DNA from: Rhodospirillales bacterium
GTDB lineage: Bacteria; Pseudomonadota; Alphaproteobacteria; Rhodospirillales; Magnetospirillaceae
Assembly (NCBI GenBank): GCA_019455065.1
Contig: JACFNC010000008.1
Location: 30,277-94,276, forward strand
Length of the DNA stretch: 64,000 bases
Direction of reading: 5' to 3'
The notes below the pieces were generated by a model, which was not told the origin of the DNA, did no database searches, and worked only from the letters and a program-made list of their open reading frames with translations. The first letter of the stretch is position 1, and every line of letters starts with the position of its first letter. Position numbers and translations under genes: made by a program. Positions 51,707 through 60,879 of the stretch are shown one piece after another.

Positions 51707-52968
51707 GCGGCCGCCCCCTGCTCGAGCGCCTGTTCCGTGCCGCCGTCGACGCCACCGCGCCGGCGCGTTGCGTGCCGCCCGCGCTTCCCCCTCCGCCCGC
51801 CGGACGAACCGTTGTCGTCGGTGCCGGCAAGGCTTCGGCGGCCATGGCCCGGGCGGTCGAAGACCACTGGGCGGGGCCGCTGTCGGGACTGGTGGTGACA
51901 CGGTACGGCCATGCGGTAGCCTGCGAACGCATCGAGATCGTCGAGGCCGCCCATCCAGTTCCCGACGACGCGGGGCGCCGCGCCGCCGAGCGCATCCTGA
52001 GGATGGTGGGCGGCCTGTCCGCGGATGACCTGGTCCTGTGCCTGATCTCGGGCGGCGGCTCGGCGTTGCTGTCGCTGCCGGCCCCCGGGATCGGCGCCGG
52101 GGACAAGCGGGCAGTGACGCAAGCTCTCCTGCGCTCAGGCGCGACCATCGCCGAGATGAACTGCGTGCGCAAGCACCTGTCGGCGATCAAGGGCGGGCGG
52201 CTCGCCGCCGCCTGCGCGCCGGCCCGGGTGGTGGCCTTGATGATCTCCGACGTCCCGGGGGACGACCCGGCGGTGATCGCATCCGGCCCCACGGCCGCCG
52301 ACCCCTCCACCTTCGCCGAGGCCCGGGCCGTTCTTGCGAAATACGGCATCGAGCCATCGGCGGCGGTGCGCGAGCATCTCTTGCGGGGGACCGAGGAAAC
52401 CCCGAAACCGGGCGATCCGCGCCTGGCGCGCGTGGACAACCGTTTGGTGGCCACGCCCCAGATGGCCCTGGAGGCGGCGGCCGCGGTGGCGCGACAGGCC
52501 GGCTATGCGCCGCTGATCTTGGGCGACGCGATAGAGGGCGAGGCGCGGGAGGTGGCGGCCGCCCATGCCGGCGTCGCCCTGCAAGCGCGCCGCCACGGTC
52601 AGCCGGCGCCCCCGCCTTGCGTCCTGCTGTCGGGGGGCGAAACCACGGTGACGGTGCGCGGATCGGGGCGCGGCGGCCGCAACACCGAGTTCCTGCTGGC
52701 GCTGGCGCTGGCGCTCGAGGGCGCCCCGGGCATTTCCGCTCTCGCCGCCGACACGGACGGCATCGATGGCACCGAGGACAACGCCGGCGCCCTGGTGTTC
52801 CCGGACACCCTGGCCCGAGCGGACGCGGCCGGCCTCGACGCACGAGACCGGCTGACCGACAACGACGGCTACGGCTTCTTCGCGGCGCTCGGCGACCTTG
52901 TGGTCACCGGGCCGACCCTGACCAACGTCAACGACTTCCGCGCCATCGTCGTCGACCCCCTCGGTTAG
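51703..52968 (+). CDS. Glycerate 2-kinase / hydroxypyruvate reductase-like (TtuD/GckA family)
   Basis: ATGA overlap with the preceding gene. Motifs VVGAGKASAAMA, LISGGGSALL, GGETTVTV and GRGGRN. Confidence 0.83.
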   Translation: MSGRPLLERLFRAAVDATAPARCVPPALPPPPAGRTVVVGAGKASAAMARAVEDHWAGPLSGLVVTRYGHAVACERIEIVEAAHPVPDDAGRRAAERILRMVGGLSADDLVLCLISGGGSALLSLPAPGIGAGDKRAVTQALLRSGATIAEMNCVRKHLSAIKGGRLAAACAPARVVALMISDVPGDDPAVIASGPTAADPSTFAEARAVLAKYGIEPSAAVREHLLRGTEETPKPGDPRLARVDNRLVATPQMALEAAAAVARQAGYAPLILGDAIEGEAREVAAAHAGVALQARRHGQPAPPPCVLLSGGETTVTVRGSGRGGRNTEFLLALALALEGAPGISALAADTDGIDGTEDNAGALVFPDTLARADAAGLDARDRLTDNDGYGFFAALGDLVVTGPTLTNVNDFRAIVVDPLG

Positions 52969-53921
52969 CTCCGTCCGGAAGCGAGGGTGAGCCACAGCAT
53001 CCCGGCGACGACGCCCACCGCCATCAGGCAAGCCACGGCATAGATCGACAGTGCCTGCCGCACCTGCGGCGCGCCCGGGCGGGCGCCGGTCGCGAACCGG
53101 TCATCGGCCGCAAGTCCAAGCGCCCCCACCATCGCCGCCTCGGGCCACGACCGTCGCGCCGCCGCCGCCATCCGCAGCGCCCGTGCCGGGCGCGCCGCGG
53201 GAACGAACGCGGCGGCGGCGGCGACCACGAAGCCGGCCAGACAGGTCGTAGGGGCGGAAAACCAGCCGAAAAAGACGACTGCCGCCCGGCCGAAGGCCCG
53301 CGATTTCGGGCCCGAGCGCCCCAGTCCGGCGTCGAGTCCGGCGGCGGCCTGATAGGCGAGCAGGCCGGGAAGGCCGGTCAGCGCATACCAGACGACCGGT
53401 GCCAGAACGCCGGTCGCGAACCCGGCGCCCGCCCCGCGCACGGCGGCACCGGCCACCGGCGCCGGTTCCAGCCGAACGTTCTCAGCCCCGGCATCAAGGG
53501 TGGCGAGCCCCCGCCGGGCCACGTCGATCTGTCCCTTGCCCAGGGCACGGCCGATCTCGCCGACCGCACGGTAGACGCGCCTCTGCCCCAGAAACGCCGC
53601 CACAACCATCGCCTCGAACAGCCACAGATGCGGCACGGCATGGGAGGCGAACGTCACCGCCACGCCCGCCAGGGCCGCCCCCGCCACCATCACCGCCACC
53701 ATCATGCCGCCGCGGACGCGCCGGTCGGCGAGGCTGCGTCGAGGACGATCGAGCTTGGCCGCGCCAACGCGAATCAAGCGGCCGATAACCGCCTTGGGGT
53801 GGGGAAGGACGGAGAACAGGATGGCCCGGTCGCCGAATACCGCCTCGACCGCCATCGCGAGAAGAAGCAGAAACAGAGGATTCGGCGAATGTCCTGATCC
53901 GAAAAAGGCGAGCGGCAGCAT
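52965..53921 (-). CDS. cobD: Adenosylcobinamide-phosphate synthase (CobD/CbiB family)
   Basis: Polytopic membrane protein with the family-typical N-terminus LLLAMAVEAVFGD ... HPKAVIGRLI. Confidence 0.82.
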   Translation of the reverse strand: MLPLAFFGSGHSPNPLFLLLLAMAVEAVFGDRAILFSVLPHPKAVIGRLIRVGAAKLDRPRRSLADRRVRGGMMVAVMVAGAALAGVAVTFASHAVPHLWLFEAMVVAAFLGQRRVYRAVGEIGRALGKGQIDVARRGLATLDAGAENVRLEPAPVAGAAVRGAGAGFATGVLAPVVWYALTGLPGLLAYQAAAGLDAGLGRSGPKSRAFGRAAVVFFGWFSAPTTCLAGFVVAAAAAFVPAARPARALRMAAAARRSWPEAAMVGALGLAADDRFATGARPGAPQVRQALSIYAVACLMAVGVVAGMLWLTLASGRS

Positions 53922-53963
53922 CGGCCGAGGATGCGGCCACCCCGCCCCGCGGTCAACTGCGGC

Positions 53964-54794
53964 TCACTCCGCGCCCGGCGCAACGCCTTCCGACGCGACC
54001 GGGAGGATGCCGGGCGGGGGGGCTGCCGCACCCGCCGGCCTGGACATGCGGTCCGGCACGCCCGCCGAAGGCCCCTGTCGCGCTGCCGCGTAGACCTGTT
54101 CCGCGAGGGCTTGCAGCCGGTCGGCAGGCATGTCGCCGGTAAGGGCGAACACGACGGGGCCGTTGGTCCAAGACAACAGCCCGCGCCCATCGGCCTCCTC
54201 GTAGCGGAATTGCGCGTCATCGACCCTCGGCTGCAGGAACAGGTCGATGCGTTGGTTACCCTCGTCAGCGAAGGTGAGCTGCACGGTCGGTTTGTTCGGA
54301 CCGCCGACGACGCTTTGACCGACCAGCCGGAGCCCCGCCGAACGTAGGTCCGGCAGGCGTATGTTGGCGCTCACGTGGCTGGCGAGCCAGTCGACCGCAT
54401 CCGTATCGTCGGCCGCCGCCACCAAGCGTGCGCCCCCGGGCGCCTGCTGCGCGGCGGGCATCGCCACGGGAAGGTCGCTTCGACCCGCCCACCAGCCGCC
54501 GCCCAGCCCAACCGCCCCCAGGACGAGGGCGATCGCGGCGGCGACCGAAACCGGGACGGCGGGCCGCCGCGTCTCCAACGCCTCCGTAAGGTGGGCCGGA
54601 GGCGTCTCCAGGTAGCTGTCGCGAAACAGACGGCGTATCCCGTCGTTTATGGCGATATCGGCGGCCACCCGCCGCGCGTCGTCGGGATGGGTGGCAAGCC
54701 ATGCTTCGACGATCCTCTGCCGGGCGGGTTCGAGGTGGCCATCGACATAGGCCAGCAGATCGAGCTCGGTCACCGGGTCGTCGCGGCCGTTCAT
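53964..54794 (-). CDS. Anti-sigma factor (single-pass, zf-HC2-like N-terminal domain)
   Basis: N-terminus LLAYVDGHLEP ... and a central TM helix. ATGA overlap with the ECF sigma gene. Confidence 0.75.
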   Translation of the reverse strand: MNGRDDPVTELDLLAYVDGHLEPARQRIVEAWLATHPDDARRVAADIAINDGIRRLFRDSYLETPPAHLTEALETRRPAVPVSVAAAIALVLGAVGLGGGWWAGRSDLPVAMPAAQQAPGGARLVAAADDTDAVDWLASHVSANIRLPDLRSAGLRLVGQSVVGGPNKPTVQLTFADEGNQRIDLFLQPRVDDAQFRYEEADGRGLLSWTNGPVVFALTGDMPADRLQALAEQVYAAARQGPSAGVPDRMSRPAGAAAPPPGILPVASEGVAPGAE

Positions 54795-55312
54795 TTGACC
54801 CTCCTCAAGCGCGGCGCGCCCTTCGCCGCGACGCCCACGCGGCCGGCAAGCGCCCCGCGCAACGCGCTTCGCCCTCGCGACAGTCGCGAACGCACCGTCC
54901 CGATGGCGATTCCCAGGACTTGGGCAACCTCGTCATAGCGCAGTCCTTCGAGGGCGACCAACAGGACCACATCCCGCTGTTCCGGCGGCAACTCCTCAAG
55001 CGCCCGAGCGGTCTCGGACAACTCCAGGCCGGCGGAGGCGTCAGCGATCGCGGCCGGAGCCGCGAGTTCGTCATAGGGAACGAAATGCGGCATCCGTCCG
55101 CCCCTTCGAAGGGCGCTGAGGTGAATGTTGTAGAGCATCCGGAACAGCCACGCCCGGATGTTGGTACCCCGGCACCAGAGGGCATGCTTGCGGAGCGCCC
55201 GTTCGACGCAATCCTGCACGAGATCGTCGGCCCCGGCGTCGCCGCGCAGGGCGCGGGCATACCGCCTGAGGCGCGGCAGCTCGCGCGCGATCAGCCACCT
55301 TACGTCATCCAT
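54791..55312 (-). CDS. ECF (sigma-70 family) RNA polymerase sigma factor
   Basis: Region 2 (ADDLVQDCVERAL) and region 4 (EVAQVLGIAIGTVRSRLSRGR). ATG 55312 is preferred over TTG 55339. Confidence 0.9.
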   Translation of the reverse strand: MDDVRWLIARELPRLRRYARALRGDAGADDLVQDCVERALRKHALWCRGTNIRAWLFRMLYNIHLSALRRGGRMPHFVPYDELAAPAAIADASAGLELSETARALEELPPEQRDVVLLVALEGLRYDEVAQVLGIAIGTVRSRLSRGRSALRGALAGRVGVAAKGAPRLRRVK

Positions 55313-55486
55313 CGCGACCGCCCCTTGGCCGCCCGACAAGTCTCCAAAAAACCAACCGAGAACATCGCGGCCTCGCCTTGAACTTGCGGGATAGCGAGAA
55401 AGGAATGCGTTTGCGCAGGCCCATGTTCCGCCGATTACACCAAAGGGACAGCGCGCAGAGGGGTTATCGGCCTCTCTTTTGCGCAG

Positions 55487-55945
55487 TCAGCGGGTACCCC
55501 ATGGATTGGGCTCCCCCTCGGTGGGAAGGGTGGCGATCTGGTCGACCACCTGCTGGCGGAGCACCTCGTCGGAACTGGCCGCCACATAGATCTCGTTGTA
55601 GCGCGGCACCGTAAGCCCGTTGCTGGCGATCGAGGTGCGCATCTGGGACAGGGCTTCGGAGCGCAGGCGCCGGATCTCCTCGGGATCGTTGGTGGCCACT
55701 ATCCGACGGTTGTACTCCTCTTGAAGGTCGACAACGGATGCATGCGCCCGTGCGAAAGCCCCGATGTCGGCCGCACTTGGCGGGGTCGAGGCTGACGGGG
55801 CCACGGCAGCCGGAGCCGGCCGTTCGCGGGCCCCGCCGTCGGAGGTGAGTTGCCTGTCGGTGGCGGATTCATATCCGAGGGCACCCAGCATGGCGACCCC
55901 GACTCCGGCATAGATCGCGGCGAGGGCGGGAATGAAGACGAACAT
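55487..55945 (-). CDS. Hypothetical exported/anchored protein (DUF4168-like)
   Basis: N-terminal TM or signal segment, an Ala/Pro linker, then a helical domain. The family call is tentative. Confidence 0.45.
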   Translation of the reverse strand: MFVFIPALAAIYAGVGVAMLGALGYESATDRQLTSDGGARERPAPAAVAPSASTPPSAADIGAFARAHASVVDLQEEYNRRIVATNDPEEIRRLRSEALSQMRTSIASNGLTVPRYNEIYVAASSDEVLRQQVVDQIATLPTEGEPNPWGTR

Positions 55946-56074
55946 GGCGAGCCTCTTGGATTGAGTGCATCGCAATTAATAACCCCTTGCAGGCGGCTTG
56001 TTCCCACGTCACCGAAAAAGCTTCCCGCCGCGCGGTTCCCTTGCGGCCGGCCGCGCCGCCTGTATAGTCGCGCC

Positions 56075-56908
56075 ATGACGTCAGGCCCGCCCTTCGCATT
56101 GCCCCCCTTCGCGCCCGGTTCGGTATGGCTCGTCGGGGCCGGTCCCGGAGACCCGGGCCTCCTCACCCTCGCGGCGGCGCATGCCCTGGCGCATGCCGAC
56201 GCGATCGTCTACGACGCCCTGGTCGACGATTCCGTGCTGGCCCTGGCGCCGGCCACCGCGGTCCGCGAGTTCGTCGGCAAGCGCGGCGGCCGGCCATCGC
56301 CGCGCCAGTCGGAGATCACGGCGCGCCTGGTCGCGTTGGCCGGCCAGGGCTTGCGCGTGCTGCGGCTGAAAGGGGGCGACCCCTTCGTGTTCGGCCGCGG
56401 CGCCGAGGAGGCGCTGGCGCTGGCGGCGGCGGGCATTCCTTTCCGCATCGTCCCCGGCGTGACCGCCGGCATCGGCGGCCTTGCCTATGCCGGCATCCCG
56501 GCCACGTCGCGCGACACCAACTCGGCGGTGGCCTTCGTGACCGGCCACGACGCTTCCGGCGGCCTGCCCGACGACATCGACTGGCCGGCGCTTGCCCGCG
56601 GGGCGCCGGTGATCGTTCTGTACATGGCCATGCGTCAACTCGCGGCGTTGACGGCGGTCCTGACCGAGGCGGGCCGCCGCCCAGACGAGCCGGTTGCGGT
56701 GGTGAGCCGCGCCACCACCGCTGGGCAGCGCGTGGTGCAAGGCACCCTCGCGACAATCGCCGACCGGGTGCGCGCGGCGGGCGTCGGGGCGCCGGCGGTA
56801 ATCGTGGTCGGCGAGGTCGTGCGCCTGCGCGACCGGCTCGCCTGGGTGCCCGGCGACGTCGCCCCCGCCCTTGATCCACCCCCCGATGGCGCCACATCCG
56901 AGGCCTGA
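56075..56908 (+). CDS. cobA: Uroporphyrinogen-III C-methyltransferase
   Basis: [27 protein letters not shown] and VPGVTAG motifs. Confidence 0.9.
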   Translation: MTSGPPFALPPFAPGSVWLVGAGPGDPGLLTLAAAHALAHADAIVYDALVDDSVLALAPATAVREFVGKRGGRPSPRQSEITARLVALAGQGLRVLRLKGGDPFVFGRGAEEALALAAAGIPFRIVPGVTAGIGGLAYAGIPATSRDTNSAVAFVTGHDASGGLPDDIDWPALARGAPVIVLYMAMRQLAALTAVLTEAGRRPDEPVAVVSRATTAGQRVVQGTLATIADRVRAAGVGAPAVIVVGEVVRLRDRLAWVPGDVAPALDPPPDGATSEA

Positions 56909-56926
56909 CCTGCAAGGTTGAAACGG

Positions 56927-57478
56927 ATGGTTCCGCTTTCCCGGCTGCTGGCGGTGATCGGCTTGGCCTTGGCGGCCGGCTGCTCCGGCCCCGTCATCAG
57001 CCACATCGACGATAGAAGTCCGTCTATCGCCAGCTATTTCCGCTATTACGCCCGTGACGGCGCGGTGGCGGCCGAGGTGCATGGCGCGCCGCCGGGGGTC
57101 GCGCCCGCGGATTTCGCCGCCGCGGTCGCCGATGCCCTCAGCCCGCCCGCCGGGTATCCCCCGGCGCGCTTCGTGGCGACGGCGGAACCGCGCGGCTTCC
57201 GCATGGTCCTGATGTTCGGCGCCCCGCCCGCGGTGAGCGGCAGCGACGCATGCGCAAACGCCGCCGGCATGGGCCTGTGGCCGACCGCCAGGCCTTTTCG
57301 GGTGCAGGGCGCGATGTGCCAGGGCGCGCGAGTCCTGACCGAAGCGGTGGGAACCTTGCCTGTGCCGCCGGCCGGTCCCGGGGACCAGCGCTTCCGGGCT
57401 CTGCTGGACCAACTGTCCTGGACCCTCCTGCCGATGCCAAGGCCCGAAAACGGGTTCGAGCTGCGCCCCCTCGGATGA
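56927..57478 (+). CDS. Hypothetical lipoprotein
   Basis: Lipobox LALAAGC after a signal peptide. ATG 56927 is preferred over TTG 56918. Confidence 0.55.
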   Translation: MVPLSRLLAVIGLALAAGCSGPVISHIDDRSPSIASYFRYYARDGAVAAEVHGAPPGVAPADFAAAVADALSPPAGYPPARFVATAEPRGFRMVLMFGAPPAVSGSDACANAAGMGLWPTARPFRVQGAMCQGARVLTEAVGTLPVPPAGPGDQRFRALLDQLSWTLLPMPRPENGFELRPLG

Positions 57479-57556
57479 GGTGGCGGGGAAAACGGGTCAC
57501 GGCTTGATTCGCCGGGCTGCCGAGGCCTATTCTGCGCCCGGATTGCGGGGAATTCC

Positions 57557-58315
57557 GTGGACCAGGCAACCCTTCTGCTGGCCGCCCTGGGGGCCGGCCT
57601 CCATCGATGCGAAACGGTGTTCGTCGAGGACGGCGGGCTGATGCTCGGCCTGTTGACGACCGGGCTCGTGGGCGGCCTGACTCATTGTACAGGCATGTGC
57701 GGCCCGTTCGTGCTGTCGCAGGTTACGGCTCGGCTGGAGGCGCGGCCCGCCAGCGGCATGCGCGAGTGGCATCGCCTGGCCGGCGCCGCCCTTGTGCCCT
57801 ATCACCTTGGCCGCGCCACCACTTACGCCTTCCTGGGCGCCGTGGCGGCCGGACTTGCCGGTACCCTGATCGACGGCGCCGGTCTGCGCTGGCTGTCGGC
57901 GGCGCTGCTGCTCGCGGCGGCGGCGTTCATGCTCGGCCTTGCGGTGCCCGCCCTGCGCGTGGCGGTGAGCGCCGGTTCCGGCTGGTGGTCGGCGACGGTG
58001 GGACGGTGGGCGCGGCCGCTGTTCGCGGCACCGACCGGCCTGCGCGGCTGGCTGCTCGGCGTGGCGCTGGGATTCATCCCGTGCGGCCTGGTCTACGGGG
58101 CCGTCGCCGCGGCGGCGGCGCCCGGAGATCCCCTGACCGGGGCCTTCGCCATGCTGGCGTTCACCCTGGGCACGGTGCCCAGCCTGTTCGGCGTCGGCCT
58201 GCTCGGGCACATGGCGGTGCGCCGCTGGCGCGGGTTCCTGCCACGCTACGCGCCGCTTCTCCTTGTCCTCAATGCCGGGGTGCTGACATATTTGGCCTGG
58301 CAAGTGATCGCCTGA
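57557..58315 (+). CDS. DsbD_2 / UreH-like transmembrane protein (sulfite-exporter TauE-like annotation family)
   Basis: Polytopic membrane protein with GGLTHCTGMCGPF and FIPCGLVY motifs. GTG start. Confidence 0.65.
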   Translation: MDQATLLLAALGAGLHRCETVFVEDGGLMLGLLTTGLVGGLTHCTGMCGPFVLSQVTARLEARPASGMREWHRLAGAALVPYHLGRATTYAFLGAVAAGLAGTLIDGAGLRWLSAALLLAAAAFMLGLAVPALRVAVSAGSGWWSATVGRWARPLFAAPTGLRGWLLGVALGFIPCGLVYGAVAAAAAPGDPLTGAFAMLAFTLGTVPSLFGVGLLGHMAVRRWRGFLPRYAPLLLVLNAGVLTYLAWQVIA

Positions 58316-58330
58316 CAGCAAAGAGATCCG

Positions 58331-58927
58331 ATGACCATCAGAAGCATCATCGCCGCGGTGGCCGGCGTCATCCTCATCGCCGCCATTGCCCTTGGCGCGC
58401 GCTCGCTCATCGTCGCCGCGCCGGAAAGCCCCGTCGCCTCCTCGCGGGCGATGCCGACCATCGGCGGCCCGTTCAGCCTGACCGACCATGACGGACGGGC
58501 GGTCACCGACGCCGACTTCCACGGCCGCTACATGCTGGTCTATTTCGGCTACACCTACTGCCCGGACGTCTGCCCGACCAGCCTGCAGGTGATGACCGAC
58601 GCGCTCGACCTGCTGGGCGCCAAGGCCGACGCGGTGACGCCCGTCCTCATCACCATCGACCCCGAGCGCGACACCGCCGAGCTGCTGCGCGACTACGTGG
58701 CCAATTTCCATCCGCGCACCGTCGGGCTGACCGGCACGCCGGAGCAGATCGCCGCGGTCGCCAAGGCCTACCGGGTGTACTACGCGAAGGCGGAACAGGA
58801 AGGCACTTATCTGATGGACCACTCGTCCATCGTCTACCTGATGGGCAAGGACGGAAAGTTCCTAACCCATTTCAGCCACAACACCCCCGCCGACAAGATG
58901 GCCGAGGGCATCCGCAGGCACCTTTAA
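58331..58927 (+). CDS. SCO1/SenC family copper chaperone / thiol-disulfide oxidoreductase
   Basis: N-terminal anchor, the YFGYTYCPDVCP CxxxC motif and a downstream His (DHSS). Confidence 0.9.
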   Translation: MTIRSIIAAVAGVILIAAIALGARSLIVAAPESPVASSRAMPTIGGPFSLTDHDGRAVTDADFHGRYMLVYFGYTYCPDVCPTSLQVMTDALDLLGAKADAVTPVLITIDPERDTAELLRDYVANFHPRTVGLTGTPEQIAAVAKAYRVYYAKAEQEGTYLMDHSSIVYLMGKDGKFLTHFSHNTPADKMAEGIRRHL

Positions 58928-58953
58928 GAAAAGGCGGCCTCCAAGGCACTAAC

Positions 58954-59646
58954 CTACCCTAGCCCAGTTCGGCGACGGTCTCCTCCCCCGGGTGCGGCCA
59001 CCGGGTCTGGTCGCAGGGTGCGGAAGAAGGCGTCGAGGCAGCGCGAACCGGTTTCGACCATTTCGCTCCGGTCGGGGCGGGCGAGCCAGTGCGACAACAT
59101 GCCGGTCATCAGCCCGTGCAGGGCGAAGGCGGCTTCGCGTGGCTGCCAGAGCGACCCCAATTCGCCGCGGCGGGCGGCGCGCTGAAAATACCGCGTCAGA
59201 TTTTCGAGCATTTGTTCGCTGCGCAGGCGCATGCGCTCGGCCACCGCGTCCATATCTTCGACATACTCGCACCGATGGAACAGGATCGTGTAGACGCGTC
59301 CGCGCCGCTCGTCGTTCGCCATGACCCACAGGATTTCACGGCAGGCGTCGCGCAGGCGCTCCAGGCGATACGCGTCCGGCCCTTCCTCGCCCAGCAGGCA
59401 CTCGATGACGTCCTCCTGCGGCAGGCGCGCCCGCGCCTGCATGGCGGTGAACAGGTCGGCCTTGTCACGGAAATGCCAGTACACCGCGCCCCGCGTCACC
59501 CCGGCGGCGCGGGCGATGCCGTCCAGCGAGGTGTGGCTGACGCCGCGTTGGTGGAACAGATGTTCGGCCGCATCCAGGATGGCTTCCCGCGTCCGCTCGG
59601 CGAATTCCTTGGTGCGTCGGGCCAATGCGCGCCCCTTTACATGCAA
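58954..59646 (-). CDS. TetR/AcrR family transcriptional regulator
   Basis: HTH region REAILDAAEHLFHQRGVSHTSLDGIARAAGVTRGAVYWHF. The start is uncertain (TTG 59646 or TTG 59625). Confidence 0.85.
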   Translation of the reverse strand: MHVKGRALARRTKEFAERTREAILDAAEHLFHQRGVSHTSLDGIARAAGVTRGAVYWHFRDKADLFTAMQARARLPQEDVIECLLGEEGPDAYRLERLRDACREILWVMANDERRGRVYTILFHRCEYVEDMDAVAERMRLRSEQMLENLTRYFQRAARRGELGSLWQPREAAFALHGLMTGMLSHWLARPDRSEMVETGSRCLDAFFRTLRPDPVAAPGGGDRRRTGLG

Positions 59647-59657
59647 GCCTGTATGTA
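59638..59657. promoter_or_regulatory. Candidate TetR operator (TACATGCA-AGCC-TGTATGTA)
   Basis: Inverted repeat with 7 of 8 pairs in the AT-rich tetR/RND divergent region. It overlaps the putative tetR start. Confidence 0.35.
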
Positions 59658-59706
59658 TATATAAGCGACGGCATCCGCCATAAGCAATGTGTCATCGGCC
59701 GCGACC

Positions 59707-60879
59707 ATGAGCCAACCTACCCGCATACGCACCCTTGCGGCCGTGTTTGCCGCCGGACTTTCGCTCGCCGCCTGCGGCGACCAGCAGCAACAGCAGCAGC
59801 GGGCGGCCATGCCGCCGCCCGAGGTGGAGGCCATCGAGGTCGCCGCGCGGGACTTGCCGCTGACCTACGAATATGCCGGCCGCATCACCGGCTCGCGCGA
59901 GGTCGAGGTGCGCGCGCGGGTGGGTGGCATTCTGCTCGAGCGCACCTATGTCGAGGGACAGGCGGTGAAGCAGGGGGACGTGCTGTTCCGCGTCGATCCC
60001 GAACCCTACCGGGTCCAGCTCGCCCGCGCCGAGGCGCATTATCGCCAGGAAGAGGCCCGCCTCCTCCAGGCCGACCGCAATTGGAAGCGGATCGCCCCCC
60101 TGTACGAACGCGACACGGTGAGCGAACGCCAGCGCGACGAGGCGCTGTCGGCCCTCGACCTCGCCAAGGCCGGGGTCGCCGTCGCCCAGGCCGAGGTCAA
60201 CGCCGCCAAGATCAGCCTGGGCTACACCGAGGTGCGGGCACCGGTGAGCGGCGTCACCAGCACCGAGGCGGTGTCGGAGGGCAGCCTGGTGGGCACCGGC
60301 GCCAATGAGAGCCTGCTCACCCGCATCACCCAGCTCGACCCGCTGTACGTCAACTTCGCCATCCCTGATTCCGAGTGGACGACGCTGCAGGTGGCGATCG
60401 CCGAAGGGCGGATTCAGACCGAATCGGCCCGACTAATGCCGATCGAGGTGCGGCTGACATCGGGGGGCCCCGTGCAGCTCGTCGGCCAGCTCGATTTCAC
60501 GGAAAGCAGCGTCGACCCCGCCACCGGCACCATCCGCGCCCGCGCCGTGGTGCCGAACCCCGAAGGCCGGCTGCTTCCCGGCCAGTTCGTGCGCGTGACC
60601 TTGCGGGGTCTGACCCTGAAGGACGGCATCGGTGTTCCCCAGAAGGCGGTCATGCAAGGACCGCAAGGCGCCTTCGTCTACGTGCTGGCGGAGAAGGACG
60701 GGCAGGTGCAGGCCCAGGTGCGACCGATCAGGCTGGGACAGGCCGTGAACGACGCGTGGGTGGTCTCGCGGGGCCTGGCGAGTGGCGACCGGGTCGTCAC
60801 CGAGGGGATCATGAAGGTCCGCCCCGGCCAGCCCGTACGCGCCGCCTCCGGGCAAGCCCAGGCCGGGCAGCCCCGATGA
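59707..60879 (+). CDS. RND efflux periplasmic adaptor (membrane fusion protein, AcrA/MexA-like)
   Basis: Lipobox LSLAACG, coiled-coil hairpin region, and [12 protein letters not shown]. Confidence 0.9.
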   Translation: MSQPTRIRTLAAVFAAGLSLAACGDQQQQQQRAAMPPPEVEAIEVAARDLPLTYEYAGRITGSREVEVRARVGGILLERTYVEGQAVKQGDVLFRVDPEPYRVQLARAEAHYRQEEARLLQADRNWKRIAPLYERDTVSERQRDEALSALDLAKAGVAVAQAEVNAAKISLGYTEVRAPVSGVTSTEAVSEGSLVGTGANESLLTRITQLDPLYVNFAIPDSEWTTLQVAIAEGRIQTESARLMPIEVRLTSGGPVQLVGQLDFTESSVDPATGTIRARAVVPNPEGRLLPGQFVRVTLRGLTLKDGIGVPQKAVMQGPQGAFVYVLAEKDGQVQAQVRPIRLGQAVNDAWVVSRGLASGDRVVTEGIMKVRPGQPVRAASGQAQAGQPR

